Of a stretch of 64,000 bases of DNA, positions 51,898 through 62,835 are shown piece by piece (position 1 is the first letter of the stretch; each line of letters opens with the position of its first letter). Source of the DNA: Lophium mytilinum (Eukaryota); the NCBI GenBank assembly GCA_010093605.1, contig MU004189.1:627834-691833 (forward strand). Direction: 5' to 3'. The notes under the pieces were generated by a model, which was not told where the DNA came from, ran no database searches, and saw only the letters and a list, made by a program, of their open reading frames with translations. Both the position numbers and the translations under genes were made by a program.

Positions 51898-53260
51898 TCA
51901 ACTCTTAAACCCAATATCCCTCCTGAACGTCCACGTTCCCCCATCCCCGGAAACAGGCTTATAGCCTAGTACCCCCTCAACAAAACTCAGCAACAGCGTC
52001 GGACTCAACACGAAGTTCATCCGCGAGCCCTGAGTACTGATCGTCAACCCATCAAGCACAATCCCGAGGCCGAAGGGGGACTCGTGAAGTTTTAGGGTCG
52101 CGGCGGGGGGCTATGAAACGGATCCCATCAGCAAGAAGCTCATTTCAAATAGTTTAAGGTACAAGGAGTATACACATACCCTATTCGCTGTATTATTATC
52201 CCTCTTCGTCCACCGCTCCAAATACCCCTCTACCACCTTCAGCGACGGCGGATGCGAACACTGGATGCTAATCTCTTTCGCGTGCGGCGAGTACATGATG
52301 ATCATGTGGTAGGGCGGTTTGAGGGCGAGATACTCTGGACGCGGGAGGGTGGCTACGTCAGGCAGGGTGTCCAACTCAACCGCAGCCGCAGTCTCCGCCT
52401 TTTTCTGGACATTGGCGGTCGAGGGGCCGGTGTCTCGAGTGGAGATAGCTCCGCTTGTGCTGTCTACTTCTATGTCCGCCCATGAGTCGTCTGGTACTTG
52501 GCGCTGGGATAGCGGGGTTGGAGCAACGGGAGGATCGAGGCAGGCGAGGAGGTCTTCGCTGAAGCCGCTGGAGAGGGATGACGTGAGGTTGAGGGGGGCT
52601 TTGGGAAGGTGGATGGTGAAGGCGGACTGGGGAGCGGTCCAGGTTGTGGTTGGCCGAGGGGATGGGGGTTTGGGTAGGACCTGGGGTGGTTAGAGAGGGA
52701 AACGATGGTTGAGACTGAGGCTTAATTATGAAGGTTGAGAATGAAGCTTAAAGATGAAGGTTGAGGTTGATGTGGTACTGGCTTGGTATCAAAAGCGACA
52801 GGTTAAGAAATCGGAGGAACTTCCAATTCAAGTGGGAACGACTCGTGATGTTGCAAATGCAGACGTATGAAATCAATTTTATGCTCACTTCAAGCCTGAT
52901 CTTCACCTTATGCGTCTTACCTAACTCTTCCAGCACCTTCTCAGTCCACTCCTCATTCTTTTCATCATCAAGCAGCGTCGTCAATGCGTCACACCAAGCG
53001 CTCACGACCGCGCACACACTCGGGATGAAGGTTGATGTATCAGGGTAGTGCGGCTGCAGCTCTGCCCACAGCATCTGCCATTCAGGCTCGCAGTCGATCC
53101 GATAGCCGACCAGATCCGAAAGAGCTTTTTGGGCTTTCTGGAGCTTCGTGTCTTCTTTGGACCAATTGTCGCGAATGTCAATCTTGAGGCGCGTGGGGCT
53201 GAAAGTGGCTATTAGAGGGATGTACTCTAAACGTAAGCGGTGAAGGACTTACAGGGACAT
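51898..53260 (-). CDS. Uncharacterised protein, 4 exons
   Basis: ATG 53260; three canonical introns. Product: MSLPTRLKIDIRDNWSKED...WQMLWAEL...LPRPEYL..PPYH..IQCSHPPSL..YLERW...LLLSFVEGVLGY...WTFRRDIGFKS*. Confidence 0.8.
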
Positions 53261-54168
53261 CTTAAATTTGAAAAAATATATTCAATGCAATCTCGAGGGC
53301 TCTTTCTTCTGAATAAATGCGTTCAGCTTGATGCAGAAAATCTTCCTGCACTGATACCAGCAACCATCTACCCCACGGGAGCCCCCCTTTTATCCCCCCC
53401 CCACCCCCGTTCACATCTCCACAACCCCTCTACACAGCCACCTCCCGTCAGGCCCTCGCCGCAGGAACCCCTCTCCCGCATAGCTGGTGCCTGACATAGC
53501 TCCTACCGGCCCAAGCGAACACGCGTGCTAAGAGACGCTCGATCCCGCATTGCGGCTGGTGTCCTAGGCGGTACCTTTGTGGCGTTACAGCCTGCTCTGT
53601 GGTCCGACACCGCCATCGCAGACCATATCGGGACTTCACAGTCATTCTATCAGGGCCTAACAACGCAATCTTCACACGAACAGGGTTAGGACAGACGAGA
53701 AGGAGCTGAAAAGCCCCCCGCGTGGAACATGACATTCGGTCTTTTATTGAGTAGAAGGCAAGGCAACCAAATAATAGATGCCGGCACAAAATGCACTAAA
53801 TTGCCTAAAGCAAGCCGAAACTGCATGCACTTCACGCTATGCACATCAGGCACATCTGGGCCCGCGGCTCCTATTTTGGCTCGAAACTACTCATGCAAGC
53901 TTTGCCAACGGGCGTTCGTAACAGCGTTCAGCTGAACAAGCTTTCAAGGGTCGATGGTGCTGGAGCCTCAACAATGAGCGAGGGGGCGCTTATGGTGCCG
54001 TGTTAGTGAGGGGGAGGGGCTGAATGGCAATTGTATATAATGTAGGTACAGCCGCGGGAAGAGAGGGAGTATCCAGCTATCAGAAACCACTCAAGGGTTC
54101 AATTGATCCATTTCTACTCTCTATCGTCCGAAGTTTCCAGAAGATTATAACCCAAATCAACTGCTATC

Positions 54169-55238
54169 ATGCCTACTGTCCTTGAACCTGCTGCAAAGCT
54201 TCCTTTAGCCGTCCGCAAGAATGGTGAACACACTCCCCTCTCTTCATACATTCTCAGGAATCAGAGCTGATATACGCAGTGCGTGACAAATTCGAAAGCA
54301 AGAAGGAAGGTCTAGAAAAGCAACTGTCCGACATCCTCGGCGAGACATGGAAGATTGACATCAACCCCAACGCCATCTACGTGTATGCCGAAGACAACAG
54401 CTACGGCAAAGACAACCTGGGAGGTTGCTTGCACTCGTAAGACCAACTCGCTCCGCACAACTATCCCTCCCCTACCCTCCCACCACTTCCCGAACCAACC
54501 CTCTCACTAACCCAACCCCCCAGCTACGTCGCCGACACCATCTGGAACCTAAAATACTTTCTCGAAAAGCACGGCGACCTCGGCAAGACCGAGCTCAACA
54601 CCGTCGCCACCGCCCACACCCTCACCCTCGCCTTCGACGAAAGCGGCACCGTCCGCTATGCCTCCTGCGACATCCACGACGGCACGCTGCGCCTCCTCTT
54701 CCAAGAAAACAACCTTGGGACCAACATCAGCGCGGCCACGAAGATTGAGCAGCTCGAATCCGCCTTGTGCGCCGCGACCCCCGACGCCCCGCTCTCCTAC
54801 TCCGCCCGCATCAACATCGCCAAGGCGTGGGACGCCAAACTCCCCGAACTACAAAAGAAGATCGGAGCACAGCTCGCCAACGACAAGATCGTGCTCGATC
54901 CCAACTTCGTCGCCGTCTACGCCGCGCTCAAGGCCGCGCCGGTGGTGGCGAAGGAGCGCCCGGATTGGGAGCAGTCGCTAGGGTACATCATGAACCAGTA
55001 TTTCAACGGGCTGCTGCATACGCTGGCGTATCAGAAGTTTGAGAAGGACGACATGCTGCAAGAGGGGTTTGCGGAGGCGGTGGAGAAAGGGGAGATTCGG
55101 TTCCGGGTGGTGGAGAAGCTGGGCCGGACGTATAATGAGAGTGTTATTGAGGAGGGCGTCTTCTGGATGCAGACGAAGCCGGAGACTTGGGCGACGAATT
55201 GTGGGGATGTGGGGAGTGATGTTGTGAATCTGTTGTAG
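54169..55238 (+). CDS. Uncharacterised protein made of two internal repeats, 3 exons
   Basis: ATG 54169; introns 54224-54279 and 54437-54523. Product: MPTVLEPAAKLPLAVRKNVRDKF...DVVNLL*, with strong codon bias. Confidence 0.88.
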
Positions 55239-55439
55239 GAGTTTGGAGCAGAGATACAGAGGAGATTGGTTTCTGCGCTTTTGGACTGTGAGACCTAGGA
55301 GCTAAGATGTCCTGAGTGATGGCCCTTTCGACGCTGGCCTGACGCGAGAGCAAGAAACGGGGGCTCTGGTTCATGGTTTCCGACTTAACTCTGGAACTAT
55401 CATCTACTCTAGAAATCAAAGGCCTCGGAGCTTGACACC

Positions 55440-56080
55440 GTGAGAGGTCCTCGTAATCTGGCCCGTTATGGGTGCAAATTTCCGGGGGTGCCAGATTACG
55501 GACTGGCTCCCGGTTATACATCTCGATATTATGTAAATCGTTGGCTTTTTGTAGGTCTAATTTGTAGGCTTGCGAGCTTTACATCGCAAATCACATGGCC
55601 CTTTCAAGCTCTAAATCTCCAGGGGTGCGAGATTGCGGACTGGCTCCCGTTTATACATCTCGACACTGCAAATTGTTAGCTTTTCTAACGGTCTAATCTG
55701 AAGACTAGCGAGGTCCGCATTGCAAACAGGACTTGATCTTAGACCTATTAGAGCGACAAGTTGTCAGGTGTGCTAAATTGCAGACTGGCTCCTGTTTATA
55801 CTTCTTAACTCGACCTAGTTTGATAGGTTTCCAGGTGTCTAATATAAAGGCTCCTGAGCTTTATATCGCAAATGCACTCAAAACCAGGCCCATTGAAGCT
55901 CCTAACTTCCAGGGTACGAGGCTGCGGACTGGCTACCGCTCATACTTCTCACCTCTACCAAAATCGGTAGTTTTACGAGGCCCTAATCTAAGTGCTCGCG
56001 AGCTTTATATCGCGAAAAGCACTTAAAACCAGACCCTTTAAAGCTTTGAAGTCCCAGGGATGTGAAATTACGGACTGGAG
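55440..56080. repeat. Degenerate tandem array, ~137-146 bp unit, about 4.5-5 copies
   Basis: C(G/A)GACTGG(CTCC) at 55499, 55636, 55781, 55925 and 56071. GAGCTTTA(C/T)ATCGC-like motif at ~55574, 55710, 55857 and 56000. Confidence 0.8.
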
Positions 56081-56381
56081 GGCTCTAGTCTGCTAGGTAG
56101 ACAATAGCAAAAAGCAGAATAGAGTCGTGGCGGGCAAGCTCCAGGATTGAGACCACTTAACGCCTCGGTTCAGTCGAGTCGATCACGACCCCGCAAACCC
56201 CAGCCATTTCATGCCCATGGAGGAAGAGATTAGCCATAAGAGATTACGTGAAACTGTCTTCCAAATGCTCGTGCCTTTGACAGGAGATAACTATCTTGTT
56301 TTCCCAAGTGCTCTCAACACAATTGAATAGCTACTTACCTCTGCCTACTTGTAGTACTAAACCTCCTTTCAGTCTAGCACG

Positions 56382-57679
56382 ATGCCTATCCGAAGCGATT
56401 GGAAGCTTCAACGTGAAGGTGAGCTCTGCCATCCTACGCATCTAATGTCATCCACAGCACCACTGACAACCATCCACTAAAGGAATCACCGTCGACACCA
56501 TCGGACGCCTGATCGGTAGGACCCTTCTTAATCCTGCAATCACACTTCCGCTGCTTCTCGCGGCGAAGTACACCGTCAAAGGCGAGGCGCTTGCTACAAA
56601 CCATGGACGCACCCTGAAGAACTTGAAGACGCTGGTGTACTGGGGACTGGCTCGATATGTCTCCAAGCTCCTTGATAGCGCTGTGGCGAACAACTGGACG
56701 AACGACCAGTATGATTGGGATAAAGAAATCGCAGTGGTGACGGGAGGATCTGATGGGATTGGAGCTATCGTAGTGAAGCTTCTTGCAGAGAGAGGTATCA
56801 AGGTTGCTGTTTTGGACGTCCAGCCACTGAAGTATGAAGGTGAGTCGATGTACCCTTATTCTTCGCAACTTAATCATACCTCGCAACCTCCCCCGGCCCT
56901 CATCCACCTTGCTCAACACCGCAGCTAATCCATCCCAATTTGCAGCCTCCCCAAGCGTCCACTTCTTCCAGTGCGACCTCTCCTCGCCCTCCTCCATCGC
57001 CTCAACCGCAACATCCATCCGCACCTCCCTCGGCGACCCCACCATCCTGATCAACAACGCCGGCTGCGCGCGCGGCAAAACTATCCTCTCCACCACGGAG
57101 AAAGACCTCCGCCTTACCTTCAACGTCAACACCCTCTCGCACTACTTCCTCGCGCAAGCCTTCCTCCCCGCTATGATCGCCGCCAATCACGGCCTTGTCC
57201 TCACCGTTGCCAGCACCGCCGCCTACCTGACCGCGCCTCAGATGGTGGACTACGCCGCCTCGAAAGCCGCGGCCCTCGCCTTCCACGAGGGGCTTTCGGC
57301 GGAGCTCGCGACGGTGTATAATGCGAAGAAGGTGCGGACGGTAGTCATGTGCCAGGGGTATACGCGCACGCCGCTGTTTAAGGGGTTCGATGATAGCGAT
57401 CGGCGCGGGGCGGGGTATGCGCTGGAGCCCGAGACGGTGGCGGAGGAGATTGTCAAGGCGGTGCTGGTGGGGAGGAGTGGGCATGTTATGCTGCCTGCGG
57501 CGAGCTGGTTCGTTGTGCAGCCAGTGCGGGGGTGGCCGCTGTGGATGCAGTATGGGATTAGGAAGAGGCTAGCGAAGCTGATGAAGGGGTGGGACGGGAG
57601 GCAGGTTGTGCAGCCGAGTGAGGGGAAGATAGAGGATAGTGGGGTGTTGGTAGAGTCAGAAGGGGAATCCAAGGATTAA
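56382..57679 (+). CDS. Short-chain dehydrogenase/reductase (retinol/17-beta-HSD11-like), 3 exons
   Basis: WDKEIAVVTGGSDGIG, PTILINNAG, TFNVN and DYAASKAAA (YxxxK). Confidence 0.92.
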
Positions 57680-57784
57680 GGGATGTATAGTGAGTTCGAT
57701 AGGTGGTTCGGTTGGTTGCTTTTGCACCCTTTTGTCCATGAAAAGTACTCACGCTATGGCTACACGTTGTGGGGGTACACAAGG

Positions 57785-58060
57785 GACTTTTGACCACACG
57801 ATGTCTAGCAATTGGATTTTTATACGGTTCGATTTGTTACCTTTACTCACATTTATGGAAAGAGATCGGTCACACAAAGGCTCCATATTGAGGAGGTTGT
57901 TGACGGGTTCACAGACACCAGGCGTCTGGCAATCTAGTTTCAACGCGGTTCGACTCGTTACTTTTGCTCACATTAGTACCAGGAAGGCGTTCGCGAGGTG
58001 ATGCCAAACACGCTTCGTCTATGAATGATATAATGGCACGGTTCGATTCGTAAGTTTTGT
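57785..58060. repeat. Degenerate direct repeat, 2-3 copies, with a CGGTTCGA core
   Basis: CGGTTCGATTTGTTACCTTTACTCACATT (57825), CGGTTCGACTCGTTACTTTTGCTCACATT (57946) and CGGTTCGATTCGTAAGTTTTG (58039). Confidence 0.6.
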
Positions 58061-58273
58061 TAAAATATGGACAAGGTAGCTTGACGTCGGACTGTATCCC
58101 AGTCCTAGCAAATACCATTAAGTATCTCTATCTCACTAAACTTCTATCATTCTTGCAATCACAAGCAAAAGGTCCACTTGTTTTACTCAACCTGTAACTG
58201 TATAAGACTCATTCACGGTACGCGGGTTACTCCCAAACAACCAAAACACCTCCCCAACAAATCAAACAACGCA

Positions 58274-58831
58274 TCAAATCTCCTCCGACTGATCAGACGT
58301 CACCCTCACCCAACCCTCCCCCCTCTCCCACCTCTCCTCCACCTCCTCTCTCTCCCTTCTCCTCGCCTGCTCGCTCTCGCTCTCCATCTCCCTCCCCTCC
58401 AACCTCCCAACCCTCTCACCCATCTCATCCTTCAAACCATCCAACGCGCTCCTCACCCCCCTCACCTCCTTCTCCACCTCCCTCCTCAAATCCAGGCTCT
58501 CAGCCAGCTGCACCCTAATCGCCCGCGCGAGCGTCCCCTTCACCCGCTCCATCTCACCCCCCAACCCCAGCACCTCCGCATCCAACGCATCGAGATGACA
58601 CGACTGCAGCGAGAGGTCCGAAAGCGCGTACTCCCCCCTCCCCGGCGCGAGGACAGGGGAAGAAAGGGGGAAGTGGACGCTGCGGCTGCGGGGGCGTTTA
58701 GAGGGCGTTTCGGGGGAGTCAAGGGGGGCTTTCCGTTTGAGGATGCTCCGGGTTGTTGATGGCGGAGTGGGCAGGGGGCGCGGGTATTCCTGGGTGGAGA
58801 GCGGGGTTGGCGTTCTCGGGGGCGGAGGCAT
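58274..58831 (-). CDS. Hypothetical protein with SILK and RVxF-type motifs and a C-terminal coiled coil
   Basis: MPPPPRTPTP...RSILKRK...RSRSVHFP...LDLRREVEKEVRGVRSALDGLKDEMGERVGRLE; has the genic C-to-G skew. Confidence 0.6.
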   Translation of the reverse strand: MPPPPRTPTPLSTQEYPRPLPTPPSTTRSILKRKAPLDSPETPSKRPRSRSVHFPLSSPVLAPGRGEYALSDLSLQSCHLDALDAEVLGLGGEMERVKGTLARAIRVQLAESLDLRREVEKEVRGVRSALDGLKDEMGERVGRLEGREMESESEQARRREREEVEERWERGEGWVRVTSDQSEEI

Positions 58832-59701
58832 GGATGCCGGCTGTGTTGGATGAGGTGGAAGAGTTAGAATGGGAGTGGTGATGCTCTTTGGGCTCCGTGG
58901 TGTCGGGTTGATGAGCGGCGGCGGCTTCGCTTTTCTTGCGGCGGTGGCGCAAGATGAGGTATGTGATGCACATGGGAGGGTAGTGGGGCCTATTAGGGTT
59001 ATATGGTAGTAGAAGTGGGTGGGTTTGAAGGATGAGTGTGAAAGGGGTCGCGGCGTAGTTTTTGTAGTGATGGTGGTCAGGAGGCTTGTTGATAGTGAAA
59101 GAGAAAGGGTCTCCCCGAACAGATTGACGCATGCGGCAGGGCAATGACCCATGGATACGGATCTTGGGACTTGTCTTCAAGAGAACTGTTGTAACGTCGC
59201 GTACCGTACTTCGAATCTTCTTGTCTGTGGCCGTTCTCATCCATCACGTGAGCGTCACGTGCCAGATAACAACCCAGATGTGGGAAACAAACTCAACAAC
59301 TCTCCCAATCATAAATTAGAAGAGCTGCTCCGATGATACATCTCTCAACGCCTTGCGCCACAATAAACTCATGCGAGCAATACGACCTCACATTGAAATA
59401 GCTCTAGCTCGCCAAGTGCTCCAAAGTAAGCACTCGTCATCCCGCTCCCGTCCAAGATTCCACCGGCTCGTTCTCGACTCCACCCACTCCCGCCCGCCAG
59501 GCCACCACCGCCGTCATGTCACCGCCTGAACCTCAAACTTTCCTACACCGCGTTTCCATTGCGCATACTCCTTCAAGAGCAGCATACCCACCTAATTGAC
59601 ATCCTCATCTACGTCTCAACCGAAATCACACCAACCCCGAACCACGGCCTTTCCAACCCCCCGAAACCCTTACAGCCTACCTCAATTCGCAACAGGCACA
59701 A

Positions 59702-59989
59702 ATGTGCTTCTTCACCACCACCGAAACCCGCGACGTGCGCCACGGCGTGACTGACCCGCCGCGGCACCGCTCCCGCTACTCCGCGCACCCGCCGCCGGGC
59801 GTTGTGCGGGTGCCGGTTGAGTACCGGCGGTCGCGAGAATACGACACATACCGCACGAGTGTGGACCGGGTGGCGTATCGGGAGCCGAGGGAGCCGCCGC
59901 GGATTGAGTATGTGACGCCGCGGAGTAGTCGGGGGCGGGTCGGGGAGGAGGACACGTACCGGCGGAGTGTGACTTATGTGAGGGATTGA
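59702..59989 (+). CDS. Small Arg/Tyr/Pro-rich protein (95 aa)
   Basis: CACAAATG start context and C-rich 5' / G-rich 3' codon pattern. Confidence 0.6.
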   Translation: MCFFTTTETRDVRHGVTDPPRHRSRYSAHPPPGVVRVPVEYRRSREYDTYRTSVDRVAYREPREPPRIEYVTPRSSRGRVGEEDTYRRSVTYVRD

Positions 59990-60195
59990 GGGGAGGGGGA
60001 ATACTGTGGGTTAGAGGATTGGGAAAAGAGGAAGATGAGGGGTGGATGATGGGATTGCAAAAGGGTGCTCTGTGGGATATGTCGTGGGAATGATTTGATG
60101 TGTTATGATAGCATTGGCGTCTCTATGATCGGATTGGCGTAAGACCTGGTATATATATTCGCCAGCATCTAAGCATTGTTCCTCCATCTCCATCT

Positions 60196-62048
60196 TCATC
60201 CGTCTAATACATCAGACGTAACGGTCACTCGAAGCCCCTTTGAGTCCAGTTTCGCAACCGGCATAAAGAAGTCATACTGGATATGAAAATCGGACTCATC
60301 AGTCTCATATAACTCAAACGTAAACCGACGAACTACCGCCGCAAGCCCTAGGTAGATTTCCGCGTATGCGAGACTACATTACAATTAGCACTTTCATTCC
60401 CTTCATGAATCACCAAAATATCTAAGAAAGGTGCTAAACCCACTTCAACCCAAGACAAATCCTACTCCCACCCCCAAACGGATTGAAATAATGCTCCAGC
60501 GGCTTCCCACTCGCCGTCTTCGGATTCCCGAGCCACCGTTCCGGAATGAAAGCGTTCGGATCGGCGAACACGCTCTCATCAAGCATGAAATCTAACAGTG
60601 TCATTGACACCGGCGTCCGCGGCGGGATAACTCATTCTTTATACCGCATCACGCCCTCCGCCAATCTCGGCATCCGCGTCGCAACCCCGAATCCCAGCCG
60701 CAGGCGTTCTTTTACGCACGCCGCGAGGTACGGCAGTTGCTCTAGCCTGACCCAATCGAGCGGCTGCGTTGGGTCTGGGAGCGCTTCAAAGAGCTCGCTA
60801 CGGAGGCGCTGATGGATGCGGACGTTGTTGGTTACGTGGAAGGTGGTCACGCTGAGTACCCAGGCTGTGGTCATGATGCCGGCGCCGACGACAGTGGTGG
60901 ATTCGTCGACGAGGCGGGTGATATTTTTTTCAGCGGGTGGAAGCGTGCTGGTGAGAATTTCGTGCATAACGGTGGGGCGGGAGGGGGGCTTGGTGGAGAG
61001 GTCTTCACCTTGGGTCAAGCGAGTGCAGAGGGCGACAAGGTCCTGGGTGTCTTAGGGTGATGGCTGAGTAATGGGAGTAATGGGAGTAATGGGAGTAATG
61101 GGAGTAATAACCCAATGTAGTCGAAAGAAAGGTTCCATAACGGGATTCAGAGCGTTTGCTAACTTGACGGGAAGTGCTCGAAAGCACTGCCAGCATTTGA
61201 TGATAGATGTATACATGACGGACTCGGAAGGCTACTAACCGGCAAGAAGAACGGAAAGTGCGTCTGCACGTGGCCAAATCTATAGGCGGCAAGAAATGCC
61301 TCGTGCATGCTGTCCTGGAAGCCAGGAGACTTGAGTTTATCGTAGCAAAACCCAAACGCATATTCCATAGTCACATCGCCAATATAAGCGGTATAGCCAT
61401 TATGGAGCATAACCATCTTTCCAGTCTAATTGTATTGTGCGATCTGCTCACATTGGAGGGCGAGCTTCTCTCGGATAATGGGTTCATACTTCATCATTGC
61501 GCGTCTTGAGAACCTGAAATGGTCGTGAGCCTTACAGAAGGGATGACACAGTGTATGGAATCAAAATGACTAACATGGGGTTTAACGGCGGCCGACGCAA
61601 CCGGTGCAGTTCGTGAGGCACCGTTGCAAATGTGTTACTTGGGATACCGAAGCGATACGCCATCCACTCCAATTTATCCGCCTTGGGGTTCCTAGTGTAG
61701 AGCTCTTCAAACTACTCGGCGTCGGAGACGTGTAGCTCTGTCGGGTTGATGCGGACGATAGGTCCTAGGGAGAGGTTAGGTAGAAGAGAGTAGCTCTAGC
61801 ATAGTTAAATTTGACTGGGTCGCCTAGGTACCGTATCTTCTATGCATCTCTTGCACCTTGAAGGAGAACTTTCCTCCATTATTGTAGACGATGTCGTAAC
61901 ACGCCTCATACCACTTCGTCAAGGCGGCGAGTTTGGGACCCGTGAATTTAGCAATCGGGCTCAGGTAGAGGCTATAGATAGCGAGACTTGTAGCATAGGT
62001 AATAGAGGCCACGAGTAATAGAAGGGGAAGTTGAGAGGAGATAGCCAT
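60196..62048 (-). pseudogene. Cytochrome P450 pseudogene (trichodiene-oxygenase-like group)
   Basis: GPKLAALTKWYE, YGPIVRINP.ELHV, GAG..TT, KERLR, FIPERWL and FGGGSRICLG. In-frame stops at 61712-61714 (TAG) and 60632-60634 (TGA), with a broken frame in the middle. Confidence 0.9.
61066..61108 (+). repeat. 9-bp minisatellite (GAGTAATGG) x ~4.8 inside the P450 pseudogene
   Basis: Exact tandem copies read directly from the sequence. Confidence 0.9.
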
Positions 62049-62835
62049 AGCTATAAGTGAGAGGCAAACTACATGAAAATGAGGACACGATTTTTCAAGA
62101 GCAAGTGACCAAGGATCGAAAGGTACAAAAGACACAGTATATATAGTAGAAGAATCTACAACCAACCGCGGACGCCCATAAATCTTCCTAGGTAGTAGTC
62201 TTCATGTATGCGCCCCTATATGGGCATAGTCATAAACAGAGACGCTTGTATAGCGCTCATTAAGAGCGACATGCATCACGATGGTCGCACAATGACTGGT
62301 AGCTATTGGATAACAGAGTAGAAGACAGCGGCTCCGCGCAGAAGGCTTCTGCAGTACTGAGGCACAGTAGATGCACGAGGCCGGAGCATAGCCGAGTGAA
62401 GCCTGCAGGCCGGTAAAGACCCTTGAGCGTAAAACGGAGTTTTGCAGGAACTTGATCCCACGAGCATTTGATACCCTGCAGCTCGAAACACCTTGGGATA
62501 GGCGAGTCTACACCAGGTCTCGCTCCCGGGAAAGCAGCTGAATGGCCCGCTGGTATTTTCTCGGTATAGCTTTCGGACGTACTGTTTTCCGGAACTCTTC
62601 ATATGGTGTCGCTGCGGTAATGCTATGAAGATAGTGGTGGAGCCGTACTCCCATTAGGGCGAACTGATTTGTGATCGGCTAACATGAACGACTTCACCTG
62701 CCTAAAACACTCTCCTCTTTTTTCCAGGTAAAACAGCAAGCGGGGCAACAAGGTTGTTTCTCGTCGAAGGATTGTTCGTACAAGCCGTGAGAGTTGTGGC
62801 ATGCCAATACGCCAAAGAGATCACACTTCCAGTGT

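Noticed and set aside
55440..56080. CRISPR-like array
   Set aside because: The context is eukaryotic, the whole unit is repeated and degenerate with no unique spacers, and there are no cas genes.
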